From positions 28,092-92,091 of the forward strand of contig JAADVB010000049.1 of assembly GCA_023334545.1 (NCBI GenBank): a stretch of DNA of 64,000 bases, read 5' to 3'. The notes under the pieces were generated by a model that saw nothing but the letters and a program-made list of their open reading frames with translations, was not told the DNA's origin and did not search any database. Source of the DNA: Salisapilia sapeloensis CBS 127946. Taxonomy: Eukaryota > Protista > Oomycota. Below, piece by piece: positions 1 to 11,551 of the stretch. The position numbers were made by a program, and so were the translations under genes. Within the stretch, counting starts at the first letter, position 1; the number at the start of each line of letters is the position of its first letter.

Positions 1-266
1 GTCCAGACTCTGATTATTAAAACCAACTACCACGAGATCTTCATATACCAAGATGCTGATGACAGTAGCTCTAGGTAAAAAGGTCTGGAAACTCTTTCGT
101 AAACAACATGAAAGACTCCAAGTAGTCTCTTCACGTCGATGGAGCTTGTTCTTTATCTATAAGAATGAAACTACTACACAAGAGCATGAAATTGAATGAT
201 TTGTTCTTCCGTTTACTTGTACACGCGTACAATATCAATTTCCAGTCTAATCATGTGCCGAAGGAC

Positions 267-1799
267 CTACTCTAACGTCCGTGATTCTGCTTCCGCGGCA
301 AGGGTATCCCACTTCCAGCGGCTCATCAATGTCGTTAACGCACAGAAAGCCGATATGATCGCAGCGCCAATACCAAGCCAAGCACCCTCGACTCCCCATC
401 CCAAGCGGAAGGCAAAGGCGGCGGAGAGTGGCAGACCGATAAAGTAGTACGCGACAAAGTTGACGGTCGCGGCGGCAGTTTGCTCACCAGCACCACGGAA
501 GACACCTTGCGTGACGGTGTTCAGTCCGTCCACGACTTGCAGCGGTGCCCAGATGAGCAAGACTTGGGATGCTAGCTCGATACTATCTGGAGCATTGATG
601 ACAATGCCGGCAATCTCACGGCGGAAGATGCCGAGCAATAGAGACACAATGGCACACATCACAAAGCCTACCCCGATGGAAAGTCTACCAGCAAGCTTAG
701 CGCGCATCGGCCGCTTCGCACCGAGCTGGTTGCCGACACGGACGTTGGCAGCGATGGAAACGCCCATATTGATCATGAAGATGCAGCTAGTACAGTCGAC
801 GACGACAGAGTGAGCACTTAGCGCCAAGACTGCATTTGGGAGCAATCCGACGAGGATGGACAGGATCTCGAAACTCCACCATTCAAGGATGACCATGAGT
901 GCTCCTGGGATACCAAGACGTAGGAAGAGACCGAGGTGTCGCCAAGCATTCTTTAGATCCCACCCATGTCGCCACCATTGCGTCAAGTGCGACGGGTACA
1001 TGTAAAAGTAAGGAATGAGCAAGAGACACATGGCCATGTTGCCCAGGACACGAGAGATCGGTACACCATCAAAGCCGAGAGACGTATGGTAGGTGAGGAG
1101 ATAGCCTCCTACCGTATTGACAATGTTGGACAGCACGATGATGACCACCGGCGGATTGACAATATTTTGTGCTTGGAGGACCCGCCGGAAGATCTCATAG
1201 AGAAACATGAATGGCCATCCGAGGATCGAGATACGAATGTAGCGTTGAGCTAACGCAATGACTTCCGGTTCTTGTCCTAGTGCTACTAAGAGCCCTCCAG
1301 CATTCCAATTAAACAGAAGAAGCGGTGCGACGCAGATGCCAAATGCGAGGATCAAGGCAGTTTGGAAGTAGACACCAATTTGGGCATATCGCTTAGCGCC
1401 GTATGCCTGGGAGCAGAGCGTATCGAGGCCAGTGAAGAGACCAATGATGAGCGAGTAGGCGGTCACATTCATAAACTAGGAGAATGCATGTTAGACTAGT
1501 GACAAGATGGATGGCTGGGACTAGATTGGACACACCGTGACAGAGAGTACAGTGGCATCGACGTAGAGCTGAGTGTTCTCTGTGCCTAAATGTCCAGCTA
1601 GAATACTACACGTAAAGCCTGGTATGAACTCTAGCAGGGACGTTGCGACCACAGGTCCAGCGAGATGAAGTAGCTCTTTGACTTCCAAGGTGACGTCGGC
1701 CGCGTCAAGCGGCGGTTCCTCCAGTGATTTCGTCCGCGAATCGTCGGATGTTTGCACCGGTAGCAAATGCTTGGCCTCTAACTCGGTGCTTTCCACCAT
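267..1799 (-). CDS. MATE-family multidrug/toxin efflux transporter (2 exons, intron 1476-1535)
   Basis: ORFs 1521-1799 and 267-1472 join in frame across a 60-nt GT-AG intron with CTAAC branch (LSVT|FMNVTAYS). Carries MATE motifs GLDTLCSQAYGAK, RLGIPG..LEWWSFE and RVGNQLGA, with many TM segments. Confidence 0.93.
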
Positions 1800-2271
1800 G
1801 GCGTCAAGTATGCAAATAAAAATATGCCAGGCTAGTCGCCACTAGCTCTACCAGTCGTGAATGAAGTTACTTATGGACGCCATTGTATCCATTTAATCAA
1901 ATGAGTCATTAGGTTTCCATCTACCGTATTTATTCCTTTGCATCGTTGAAGTTTCGGAAGTAAGGAAGCTAGAGCATTAGACCGGTATGCAGGTGCTGGA
2001 CGCAGACATGGCGACTGCGCATACGAACATCCGCAGTTGCAACCCATCGATTGGTACCGGATGCACTTCCACTTATATTTCGGATCCAAGTTCTTTTTAT
2101 TCACCGCATTGCTTAATTTCCGCCAATCACATACAAGTTTGCACCCCGCGCTGTCCCCCAACTTCATTTTCAAAGAAGCAACCAGGTGTCCAAGGTGCCT
2201 TTAGGCGCCCGCTCGGTCTCCCCTCGTGAAAGACTCTCCCCGCGTCCACCCGCCACTTATTCTACGTACCC

Positions 2272-3972
2272 ATGCTGCGCCGAGCCGTGTCATCGTCGTC
2301 AAGACTGCATCGTCCGATGCAACATTGCAGTCCGCTGCAACATCGTCATTCTCTCCTGCGCGCGAGAACGACGGCTGCTGCGTCCGACGCACAGCAACTA
2401 CAGGATGTGGAGGCGGAGCTGACGCGCGGTAAAGAGATCTCTTTCCGTGACACGGAGAAAATCTTCCGCCACAAGAAAACGTGGGAACTCATGCGAGCCT
2501 ATGCCGTCTTCCGCACGGCACAATTCCAGTGGCTTGTCAACAACAGCCAGCGCCTCATCGACCTGTCGACGAACATTCTCGGAGAAACCATCACGCACAA
2601 AATGCTGCGACTTAGCTACTTTGGCCACTTTTGTGCTGGTGAAGACGCCAACGAGATCCGACCAATGATCGACTCGCTTAGCAAGGCCGGTATTGGCAGT
2701 ATTCTCGACTACGCCGCCGAAGCCGATGTCGAGCAGCCGCGTGACCTGTCAGGTGTGTCTCAGAACCTCGTTACTGCCCGTACGTACGAGTACGAGGATG
2801 AAGCGACGTGCGATGCCAACGCTGCCATTGCTCGTCAAGCTATCATTGACTCGGGTTCAACGGCTTCTCCTGGTGACCCAGCGTTTGTTGCTATTAAATG
2901 TACTGCATTGGGTAAGCCCGAGCTTTTGATGCGCATGACGTCGATCATTGTGCGTTCTCAAATGCTTTTCCACTCGCTCGAAGGTCCCAACCTCAGTCGC
3001 TCGAAGAACCAGTACATTGACAAGCTCGTGGACTACGGTTCCCTCAGCGCTGGTATCAGCAATGCTGGCGTTGCGATGGAAGAAGAGGAAATCAGAAAGC
3101 TATTTGACGAAATTGACTCCACGAAAGACGGCGTCATCGACTTTGTCGAGTGGGTCAGTTACCTTGACCCAGTCGAACTGACGATGGGTCCTCTCACGCA
3201 GTTCATTGACGAGGAACCATTGAACGATCGTGAAAAGGTGCAACTTCGCAACATGTTCCGTCGATTGGAAGTGCTGGCGAACGAAGCGGCCGAGCACGGC
3301 GTCAAGCTCATGGTCGATGCCGAGCAGACGTACATGCAGCCAGCTATTGACCACGTGACGCTCAACCTCCAGCGTCAGTACAACCGCAACGGTAACGATG
3401 TGATTTACAACACGGTGCAGTGCTACCTAAAGATCTCGTCCCACCGCCTGGACATTGACTTGGAGCGTGCGCGTCGTGAGGGCTGGAAGTACGCAGCCAA
3501 GCTTGTGCGTGGCGCTTACATGGTGCAAGAACGCAAGCGTGCGCTTGACCGCGGATACGCTGACCCGATTCACGACACGATTGAAGACACGCACGCGAAC
3601 TACAACGCTCTCGTCGAGAAGCTTTTGCGTCAGAACCACCTCGCAAGCTTCATGGTGGCGTCTCACAACGAAAACTCCGTTAAGACTACCGTCCAGTTGA
3701 TGGATGAGCTCCAGATCAACCGTCGGGAAGGTGGCGTGTACTTTGGACAGCTTCTCGGCATGTGCGACAACCTGTCCTACACACTTGGTGACGAAAACTA
3801 CCGCGTTTTCAAGTACGTTCCGTATGGCCCGATTCAAGAAGTGCTGCCATACTTGATTCGCCGCGCGCAAGAGAACGCCGGCCTCATGGGTGGCGCGACG
3901 AAAGAAATTGATCTGTTAACGACCGAGATTCGACGTCGTCTCTCTGGCAACAAGAAGCTCCAATCTGCGTAA
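2272..3972 (+). CDS. PRODH: Mitochondrial proline dehydrogenase (proline oxidase) with internal EF-hand-like loop
   Basis: 566-aa ORF. Arg/Ser-rich targeting-like N-terminus; motifs YFGHFCAGED, KCTALG, VDAEQTYMQPAI, KLVRGAYM, ASHNE, YVPYGP..YLIRRAQEN. Confidence 0.95.
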   Translation: MLRRAVSSSSRLHRPMQHCSPLQHRHSLLRARTTAAASDAQQLQDVEAELTRGKEISFRDTEKIFRHKKTWELMRAYAVFRTAQFQWLVNNSQRLIDLSTNILGETITHKMLRLSYFGHFCAGEDANEIRPMIDSLSKAGIGSILDYAAEADVEQPRDLSGVSQNLVTARTYEYEDEATCDANAAIARQAIIDSGSTASPGDPAFVAIKCTALGKPELLMRMTSIIVRSQMLFHSLEGPNLSRSKNQYIDKLVDYGSLSAGISNAGVAMEEEEIRKLFDEIDSTKDGVIDFVEWVSYLDPVELTMGPLTQFIDEEPLNDREKVQLRNMFRRLEVLANEAAEHGVKLMVDAEQTYMQPAIDHVTLNLQRQYNRNGNDVIYNTVQCYLKISSHRLDIDLERARREGWKYAAKLVRGAYMVQERKRALDRGYADPIHDTIEDTHANYNALVEKLLRQNHLASFMVASHNENSVKTTVQLMDELQINRREGGVYFGQLLGMCDNLSYTLGDENYRVFKYVPYGPIQEVLPYLIRRAQENAGLMGGATKEIDLLTTEIRRRLSGNKKLQSA

Positions 3973-5480
3973 CCATGCCATTGGCACGCAGAAAGCAAAG
4001 AAAGACGAGTGCCGTTTTCGATAGAAAAGAAAGAAGTAGATTTACATATTTCCCAGTTTCTTTTTGAAGAAATAGATGTGCTACAAACCGATATCCATAA
4101 TCTAGTTGCTTGCTTTTCGGATGACATGGAGCCTCCGTCTATGAAAAAGCTGATTCCATCGAGATACTTGCGTACGTCTGAATTTATTCGTATGCGATCT
4201 GCTCTCTAGTTTTAGTGGCGATGAGCTCCAGTCATTCGATCTATCGACGACACGTTGAAGTAGCTTTGTCGTCTACAGTTTGCTCCGTCTATATCGATGC
4301 GAGATAGATGCATGTGGCTTGAAACGCGCGTCCGTAAACATCGTGTGACTGAGTACGTTACGTAGGGCTTCACTACGAAAGATCTGGTTCGACCAGGTGA
4401 CCCATTCACTTCAACACTGCTGCTTTCATGGATCGAGGACCACTCTATCCTACTCCATCAGACGATGTCAATCGAGATGAAGGAGCTTTGTGCTATTCCA
4501 CATTTGAAGCAAGAAGAACTCGATCGTAGGTATAGTGTGCATTATAATGAAGAAGCTGACAGTCATCTTATCAGATACGTTTGCCTACGAAGTCTGTGAT
4601 ATAATGGCATGTAGCAGATCGTACGAGATTCTAGCAAAATTGTTTAATCCCCGCCATATTTGTCTGGAAATGTAGACCTAGATGTTGTTTACCTCGAACT
4701 AGCTTCAAGTCCAGCGTTTTTGGCAGTACAAGGAGCCAAGGGACAGAGTAAGCTATCGTAAAAGCCGAGGTGGAAATGTTGTAGAATGAAACAGACGGGA
4801 AGTGAACGATCGACAGGAACGGAACACGCGATGCACGGGAAGTGTTCGCGAGACGTTGCTGAACGCATCCTTTCAAATCGAAAAGCAAGGAATCGGTGGA
4901 TCGTGATGATTTGCCAAGTCTCATCAGAGTCAGTTGCGACGCTTGTCTAGTCGCCGATTACGATGTCCTTCGAGAAACTGAATGCGATGATGACGTTATG
5001 CCAATCTACCAAGGTTCTCATCAAAGGCATCGTGTTGCTGTATGATTAGATCACCACAACACGACAAGGCAGATTAAAACCCCACAAGGTTCATTCGTAG
5101 TAGAATAAGAAGAGTGCTCTCTGGTCGGAGATAAAGATTTATTTAGATGTTTCCACGAGTGAATCCTTTCAAGTTTGTAATGGTAAGTCATCCGTACCAC
5201 TGGAATAGTTTAGGTAAGAAGCAAAGCTATTACTTGAACGTATGTACAAGGACAGCAAGAAATGTCCGAGAAAGAAATGTAATAGCTCCAATCACCATCA
5301 TCTAGCTCTTCATCAATACAAATGTGGGCCCTGGACCGTGCTCTACATCCTAAATCAAAGTGCCCATAAGCAATAAAAACTCAAAAGTACCGATTGTCTT
5401 AGACCTTTCGTTATGCACGATCAATCCTCTTCAGAGGACCACACCTCTTCCAAACAATATCAAGCTCAACCAACAAGCAC

Positions 5481-7175
5481 TCAAATCTCTTGGGCTGATA
5501 CGCTCTTGTCTTCGGCAATCTTGGTTCGTTTCGCACTCGGATCTTCTTCCAACTTCATAAACTCAGTCGCAGTGCCCAGAACCTCTGGCTCCTCTCGCTG
5601 CTTGCACGTCCTCTTGTTATGACCTTTAACGCCACACACGCTGCAACGCAGCTTGGAGCCTTTCGCAGACCCAGGCGTTTGCGTCATCTGTGCCACCTTC
5701 CGAGGTCTACCTCTGCTCACAACCACCGGAAACGGTTTCGTACTCTGGTCGCTCTCAACACGCTCCACATCCACAGGTGTGACACGACCTGCATACAGTG
5801 TCTGGAGCGTCGTCAAGAGGAACATGGGCGGGATACCTGCCTGCGTCGACTCTGTATTAGCATTCAGAGCCATGTACACATGCAAACAAGGAAAGTGAGA
5901 TGCATCGTACTCGCCACAAGAGCACGTCTTGAGCGCAATGTCCACGACTCGTTGCCTACCAGTCGCTTGTTCAATCACTTCAAACTTACTTTCATCCACC
6001 TGTGCGACGCTGTAGCCTGGTGCTTGGATTTGATACTCCTTCAATCGCTGCTGATACTCCTCTGGGTACTCCGTTCCAGTCTGAGCATACTTTTTCGAGC
6101 GAAGGAAGAGAAGACGAGCTACGCGCGAGATCCAGGACACAAAGAACATGAGAGGAGACTTGTCACAAATCGATTCGAGAAAAACGAGGAACGAGCCGTC
6201 GGTCGCATCGTCATTCGCTTCTGACGTAAGGAAGAGCTCCGTCTTGTTCGAGACGCTGACGGCCGGATACTCTCGAGAGATAGCGGCATCCAACACACCT
6301 CCTCGATTGTGCACGATCGAAAGCTGCCCGTCCAATCCGTTCAGCGCCGCTTCTTTCAGTTCACGCAAGAAGAAGTTCCAATTCGCTTCGTTCTCTTCAC
6401 TAACAACCGCCAGTGCGATTGGAACGTGGTTACGCATCGCATCTTGTGTGATAGCAGACAGCACGATGCCACCAAAGCTCGAGGTCAGTCGGAACATGCT
6501 CAAGAGTACACTCGAGCGGCAGTATCGAACACTCTCTTGCAACGCACTCGGACATAAGAACGCTCTCGCCATCACACTACCTTCTCCTTGCTCCTCTGTG
6601 TCGAACGCAATGCGACTACCCGGATTCTCCCTTTCAAACGCCTCCAAGTAGCCTTGTACACGCGAGAAGGATGTGCTTTCATCCTGCTTGAGCTCCCTCC
6701 GATATGCCTTGAGAGCCCTCCAAGCCGTCAAGTAGTTGGCTGACAGACCGAATTGCTCCCTAATCAAGTCAGCCATGTCCTTTGGTGTCACGTCCGTGCC
6801 GGGCAAGTACGGTCGCGTCGCCTCCATGAGAGCTGAGGCAGACAGAAGCTTTGCATTCGACTGCACGGCGGTACAATTCGGCGAGTGCTCGAGGTTCACT
6901 CGTACGACATAGACCCGTCCATCCGCTCGTTGCGTCCCTGTCACGTAGAATGGGCATAGTTCTTCCGAAGGAACTCCCTGCTGCTTCATGGATTTCCACA
7001 TCGGGCACCGTGCATCGAGACGTTTCGGACTACTGTGGTTGACATGGTATGGCGTATTATAGCGCACCGAGATGACCTTGAGATCCTTTCGTAGTTCCCC
7101 CATATTCGCATAACTTTCCTGGAAAGGAGGCTGCGGCGCTGGCAGTCTCCGATTCCGCTTCCGAACTTCTTCCAT
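5481..7175 (-). CDS. MULE (Mutator-like) transposase-derived protein with SWIM finger and CCHC knuckle; catalytic DDE apparently lost
   Basis: Intact ORF with likely start MEEVRK at 7175. MULE-like segments AFLCP, VPIALAVVSEENEANWNFFL; SWIM CSCGEYDASHFPCLH; RGRPRK; knuckle CSVCGVKGHNKRTC. No TIRs or TSD seen. Confidence 0.8.
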   Translation of the reverse strand: MEEVRKRNRRLPAPQPPFQESYANMGELRKDLKVISVRYNTPYHVNHSSPKRLDARCPMWKSMKQQGVPSEELCPFYVTGTQRADGRVYVVRVNLEHSPNCTAVQSNAKLLSASALMEATRPYLPGTDVTPKDMADLIREQFGLSANYLTAWRALKAYRRELKQDESTSFSRVQGYLEAFERENPGSRIAFDTEEQGEGSVMARAFLCPSALQESVRYCRSSVLLSMFRLTSSFGGIVLSAITQDAMRNHVPIALAVVSEENEANWNFFLRELKEAALNGLDGQLSIVHNRGGVLDAAISREYPAVSVSNKTELFLTSEANDDATDGSFLVFLESICDKSPLMFFVSWISRVARLLFLRSKKYAQTGTEYPEEYQQRLKEYQIQAPGYSVAQVDESKFEVIEQATGRQRVVDIALKTCSCGEYDASHFPCLHVYMALNANTESTQAGIPPMFLLTTLQTLYAGRVTPVDVERVESDQSTKPFPVVVSRGRPRKVAQMTQTPGSAKGSKLRCSVCGVKGHNKRTCKQREEPEVLGTATEFMKLEEDPSAKRTKIAEDKSVSAQEI

Positions 7176-7430
7176 ATCGAGAATAGAAACGCTTGATTTG
7201 TGGCCAAAAAGGGAGAATTGAAAAACTAACCGGATACACAACGTCATAAAGAACAAAAATGAGCGCCCGACAGGATGCCGCGAGCGACGCCGCGAGCCAC
7301 CACAGTCGAAGCAGCAGTGCGAGCAGTGGCGTACACCCGAACGTCCATTCGGGTACCTATCTACCCTTACATTCGACAGGCACCGTAGACTAAATAGTAG
7401 ACATTAGGACGGTACTCGCCGTCGACGAGC

Positions 7431-10349
7431 ATGGGACCGGATATGGCCCACTCTGGCAATCCTTTGCACCAACTTCTCCACCCCCAAGCCCAGCACGGAT
7501 ACGGTCCACCGCCTCCGCCAATGCCCAATCAGCCGCCGCCACCGTCCGCGCAGCAGTTCATGCAGCAGTTCATGAACAACCACGCAAGCGGTCCGATGCG
7601 TTCGATGCCGTACAACCCTCCTCTTCCTCCGATGCCCCACCCGGTCATGCATCCTGCCTACCAGCAGCAGCCACGTCCAGCCAACGGCATCCACTCTGCT
7701 TCTTCATCTCCCCAAGCCAACAGCTTTGCGAGTGCCAACCCGGCTCCTCCCAGTGCCAGTACGCTGTCGCAGCCAGGCACGGCATCTAGCTCGAGTCTAG
7801 CTGCGACGAATGGTCCGACGGAGCGTCCTGGAACGCCAATCTCGGGAGAAGATGTCGAGTACATGCCGCAGCATGATGACGGGGAAGAAGCGAGTCAGGC
7901 GCTGGAAGTCACGCCGATCACGCTATACAACTCGGAGCGTGCGTCTCAACATGGAAACCTCCTGGCTGTGAACGACAAGTTCATCTCGTATCCCATCCGT
8001 AACGGACTTATTCGTGTCATCAGTCAAAACGCTGTTGACCGACTGCTCTTGCGTCATCACGAACACCAATCCGTGACGGAACTCGCCTTCTTCCCTGGAC
8101 GAAGCGACCTCCTGCTCTCCGCGAGTACTGGCAATCGCATCGCAGTGTGGGAAATCCGTAGCGAACCAACTGTCTCGCGTGAACTCCGGAAGACGATCCG
8201 GTCGTCGGCGCAACGTGTCAAGTGGCATCCGACGGATCCGAACCGCATCGCGATTGTCGACGGAAGTGTCGTGTATATCCTTAACCTCTCGGCCGTCGGT
8301 GCAGAAGAAGAAGAAGACGATGACTTGAGTGAAATCAGCGTCGTGTGCGCCGATCCGTCGTCTTCGGCCTTTATCAATGACGTAGCCTTCTCTCCTGATG
8401 GAGCTTACCTCATTGCTGCGAACGCAGACGGCGTGGTACATGTCTATGGTGGCATTGAAGATCAGGCTGAAGGTGAACGTGCTGAGATAATGCACAGCTT
8501 TGAGCCGTTCGATGGCGAAGAAGTCAACTCGGTGCTCTTCTACAAGCAAAATCTATCGAACGCACCTCTTGGTTTACTCGTGGCAGGTGACGACAATCGT
8601 AAATTGTCGCTCTGGAGCTCTCCACTAGACGATACGACTACACCGCTTTGCTCTCAGACCGTCACAATCAATGATAATCACGTCGAGAGCGCTCCGTTGG
8701 ACATCGTACTCGACCCGACGCAGCAATTCCTTCTCTTGGCAGACAGAACCAAGCCGCGTCTATATGTGCTGCATCTAGCGTCCGACAACGCTGGCAGATC
8801 CTTTGATAATATTGTCGAGTTCGTGCTCGCCTACCCAGTGCTGTCCATGGCAGCGATCTGCCACGACGAAAACAGTCCGCCGAACACACGCATGTCTTCC
8901 CAAGACCTCGCGGGACTCTCCATCCAGCTGTACTGTGTCCAGACACAAGCTATTCAGCGATACAACGTCTACGCGAGCAACTGCTACGTGCCCCCACTCC
9001 CAGCGCAACCTGCTGCAGACGACTCATCTCACGCCGGCAACAGCTTCGGACAGACCGTCGGTGCCACGACGAACGAAGGTGAGCGGTCCTACCAAACGCC
9101 TGCCGAGTCTCCTGAAGCTCACGTGTCCGACGTGGATGCATCCGAGCCTCTTCTCCCTACTGAAAGCGTCACGTCAGAGGATACGCCGATGCTCGCTTCT
9201 CGTTCCTACACACGTAGCTCCCCGTCGTCGTCTGTTCGGGCCATGCAGGACGATTCGAGTCTCCCGTACGAACCATCGTTGGATGGAATCGATAGTGAAG
9301 GTCAACAGGCACTGCTGTCGTACCTCCGTCGCATGGAAGCAGCCCAGACACAGCGTGATGAGCAGCTAAAGGAGCAGATGCGTCAGTTCGGCCAAGGTCT
9401 AAATGCTCAAGTCTCGTCGCTCGTGGCGACGCAAGTGGAGAAGACCATCCAGAGACAACTGCAGTCGGTCCTAGTGCCTGCCATGGGCCGCATCGTCCTC
9501 CACACCATGGAGCACAACTTTATGAAGCCTGTGCAGACGGGATTCCAACAAGTGATTGCTGAAAAGCTACTTCCAGACATGGAAACCAAGCTCAAGGACG
9601 CACTGGCGACTTCCTTACCGGAAGAAGTGTCTAGTAGTATGGATCAAGTGGTGGAACGCATGGCTGATGACGTGCGGGAACCTGTGCGTAACGCTTTCCG
9701 CGAGTGTTTCCGCCAGCATATCATCCCGTCGTTTGAAGCTGCGACGCAAAAGATGTTTGAACAGATCGATCGGTCCGTCGCGAGTCACACTGCGAATGGA
9801 AATACTAGTCAGAGCGTCTCGGGACAATTGCAGTATCTCATTGATGCAGTTGACAACCTGACGCAACGTGTGGATGAATTCTCGGAACAAGCGGAAGGTG
9901 GGAACTTTGCAGCAGGTGCTGGGAGTGCGAGGGAAGTCCAATTTGAACAACAGAAGACGAAAATCCAGACACTCTTGGATCAAAACGAGTTTGAAGAAGC
10001 ATTTAAACTGGCGCTAGGAGAGCAGGACGTCGAACTCGTCGCTTTTGCTTGCAAGCAGACGGATCCACGCGTCGTCTTGAACTCGAGACCGCCCAAGCTG
10101 TCGCAAATGCTCGTGCTGTGTCTCGTGCAGCAACTCGGCGCTGACTTGAGAAACGACGTGTCGCTTAAGCTCCATTGGTTGCGTGAATCTCTACTAGTGA
10201 TGAATCAACGGGATGCATCTATCGCTGGGTTTGTCGTCAGCGTCCTCCAAGAGCTACGCACGAGTCTCGGGAACGTGCCGGAAGAAGCGCGTGACTCGCA
10301 GTACATGCTGCTGCACCACATTTTGAATTCCATGCTCAGTTCGAGTTAA
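7431..10349 (+). CDS. EDC4: Enhancer of mRNA decapping protein 4 (EDC4/Ge-1/Varicose)
   Basis: 972-aa ORF: Pro/Gln-rich N-terminus, WD40 region (GNLLAVNDKFISY..IRVI), helical region, and C-terminal FEEAFKLAL..LSQMLVLCLVQQLGADL typical of Ge-1. Confidence 0.9.
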   Translation: MGPDMAHSGNPLHQLLHPQAQHGYGPPPPPMPNQPPPPSAQQFMQQFMNNHASGPMRSMPYNPPLPPMPHPVMHPAYQQQPRPANGIHSASSSPQANSFASANPAPPSASTLSQPGTASSSSLAATNGPTERPGTPISGEDVEYMPQHDDGEEASQALEVTPITLYNSERASQHGNLLAVNDKFISYPIRNGLIRVISQNAVDRLLLRHHEHQSVTELAFFPGRSDLLLSASTGNRIAVWEIRSEPTVSRELRKTIRSSAQRVKWHPTDPNRIAIVDGSVVYILNLSAVGAEEEEDDDLSEISVVCADPSSSAFINDVAFSPDGAYLIAANADGVVHVYGGIEDQAEGERAEIMHSFEPFDGEEVNSVLFYKQNLSNAPLGLLVAGDDNRKLSLWSSPLDDTTTPLCSQTVTINDNHVESAPLDIVLDPTQQFLLLADRTKPRLYVLHLASDNAGRSFDNIVEFVLAYPVLSMAAICHDENSPPNTRMSSQDLAGLSIQLYCVQTQAIQRYNVYASNCYVPPLPAQPAADDSSHAGNSFGQTVGATTNEGERSYQTPAESPEAHVSDVDASEPLLPTESVTSEDTPMLASRSYTRSSPSSSVRAMQDDSSLPYEPSLDGIDSEGQQALLSYLRRMEAAQTQRDEQLKEQMRQFGQGLNAQVSSLVATQVEKTIQRQLQSVLVPAMGRIVLHTMEHNFMKPVQTGFQQVIAEKLLPDMETKLKDALATSLPEEVSSSMDQVVERMADDVREPVRNAFRECFRQHIIPSFEAATQKMFEQIDRSVASHTANGNTSQSVSGQLQYLIDAVDNLTQRVDEFSEQAEGGNFAAGAGSAREVQFEQQKTKIQTLLDQNEFEEAFKLALGEQDVELVAFACKQTDPRVVLNSRPPKLSQMLVLCLVQQLGADLRNDVSLKLHWLRESLLVMNQRDASIAGFVVSVLQELRTSLGNVPEEARDSQYMLLHHILNSMLSSS

Positions 10350-10390
10350 GAGAGAAGCAACTAGCATCGTTTCATCAACGTCTTGTTCCA

Positions 10391-11463
10391 TTAGTCTGTA
10401 GTGAATTGATAGCCGTTGGTAGCTTTTATGAGTTTCTGGACGATCTCCTCTACTTCGACTTCGTCCCTCCCATCAATCGTCAGCTTGGTGCTGTAGGAAG
10501 CATCATGGACACCAGTGTTCTCTTTCGTTAGGTTCACGTAGCTACCGATGGATACAGTCGGATGTGCGTTCTGGATGGCTGTCAAGTCCTCTGCTAGCTC
10601 TCCTTCCTTAAGCATTGTATGGACCTGGCATTCATTTCTTTAGTCATGTCGAAAGTAGGATACTTGGATAGGTCGTACGATAGAGCGATGGATCGGGATG
10701 CCAGTGAAATGGTCCTTGTTGTAATGCAGCATTTCTTTGACGATAGATGGGATGCCAGGAAGGACGTAGACGTTGTGCACGTAGGCTAGAGGAACCCACA
10801 TGCCGGTATCAAGGACTTGACAGTTCTCTGGTAGAATCGCCATACGCTTCCTGCTATCCGTCACTTCGACGTTTTTCTCTGCAAATACCTTGCTCATCTT
10901 CTCGAGTGTCGGTTCATGCAGCTCTACGCCTCGACCGAAAGCCTTGGCCTATGTCTGGACTTAGCATCGATATAGATGGAACGATAGTAACTAGACAAAA
11001 CGTACCACGCCTTCGTATGTGATATCGTCATGCGTCGGACCAATGCCTCCTGTCGTGATGACGTACCCTGAGGGTCCGACGAGCTCAGACAAGTCTTTCA
11101 CAGTAGATGCAATCGTCTATACATGCAGCAAGATGTCAACAAAATAAAACCATCATAAAGCTGCAATAACACATACATCAATTTCATCCGGAATGACTAC
11201 GATACGAGAGAGATCGACACCTCGTTCAAACATAAAGTTCGCCACGAAATGCGAGTTCGTGTCTTGAATCTGCATACGAAACACAAGATGAGCTACGTCT
11301 CCATGACATGGCCATAACATGCAGCTACCTTTCCAGATAGCACTTCATTTCCGATCACACATAGAGCTGCACGAGGAGGTTCCGTGGTAGTGGTAATGAA
11401 TCGACCGTGGGAACGGATGGACCGTCCAAGTGGCCACGTAAGACGTCGGGCATGTAGCATCAT
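10391..11463 (-). CDS. Stand-alone molybdopterin-binding (MoCF_biosynth/CinA-like) domain protein, Fpy1/FLAD1-MPTb-like, intron-rich
   Basis: Hand splice: MMLHARRLTWPLGRSIR..AALCVIGNEVLSGK|IQDTNSHF (intron 11270-11328). Later exons contain TTGGIGPTHDDIT, RKRMAILPE, NVYVLPGIP and VSIGSY. Confidence 0.85.
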
Positions 11464-11551
11464 TCTTCCTCAATATCCTCATTCGGTTTAGAAGGTCTTT
11501 GCATCAGTTTCCAGAGGTGACAACACTTCCTGACAACGAACAAGCGGAGCC

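Noticed and set aside
3100-3170. EF-hand-like loop DSTKDGVIDFVEW inside proline dehydrogenase
   Set aside because: Animal PRODH also carries an EF-hand-like insert in this region, so it is not novel.
4384-4400. CTGGTTCGACCAG tRNA T-arm-like hairpin
   Set aside because: Loop length is wrong and no D-arm, anticodon arm or acceptor stem can be built.
5400-7430. Active Mutator element around the MULE-like ORF
   Set aside because: No terminal inverted repeats or 9-bp TSD visible, catalytic residues appear lost, and EDC4 starts immediately upstream.
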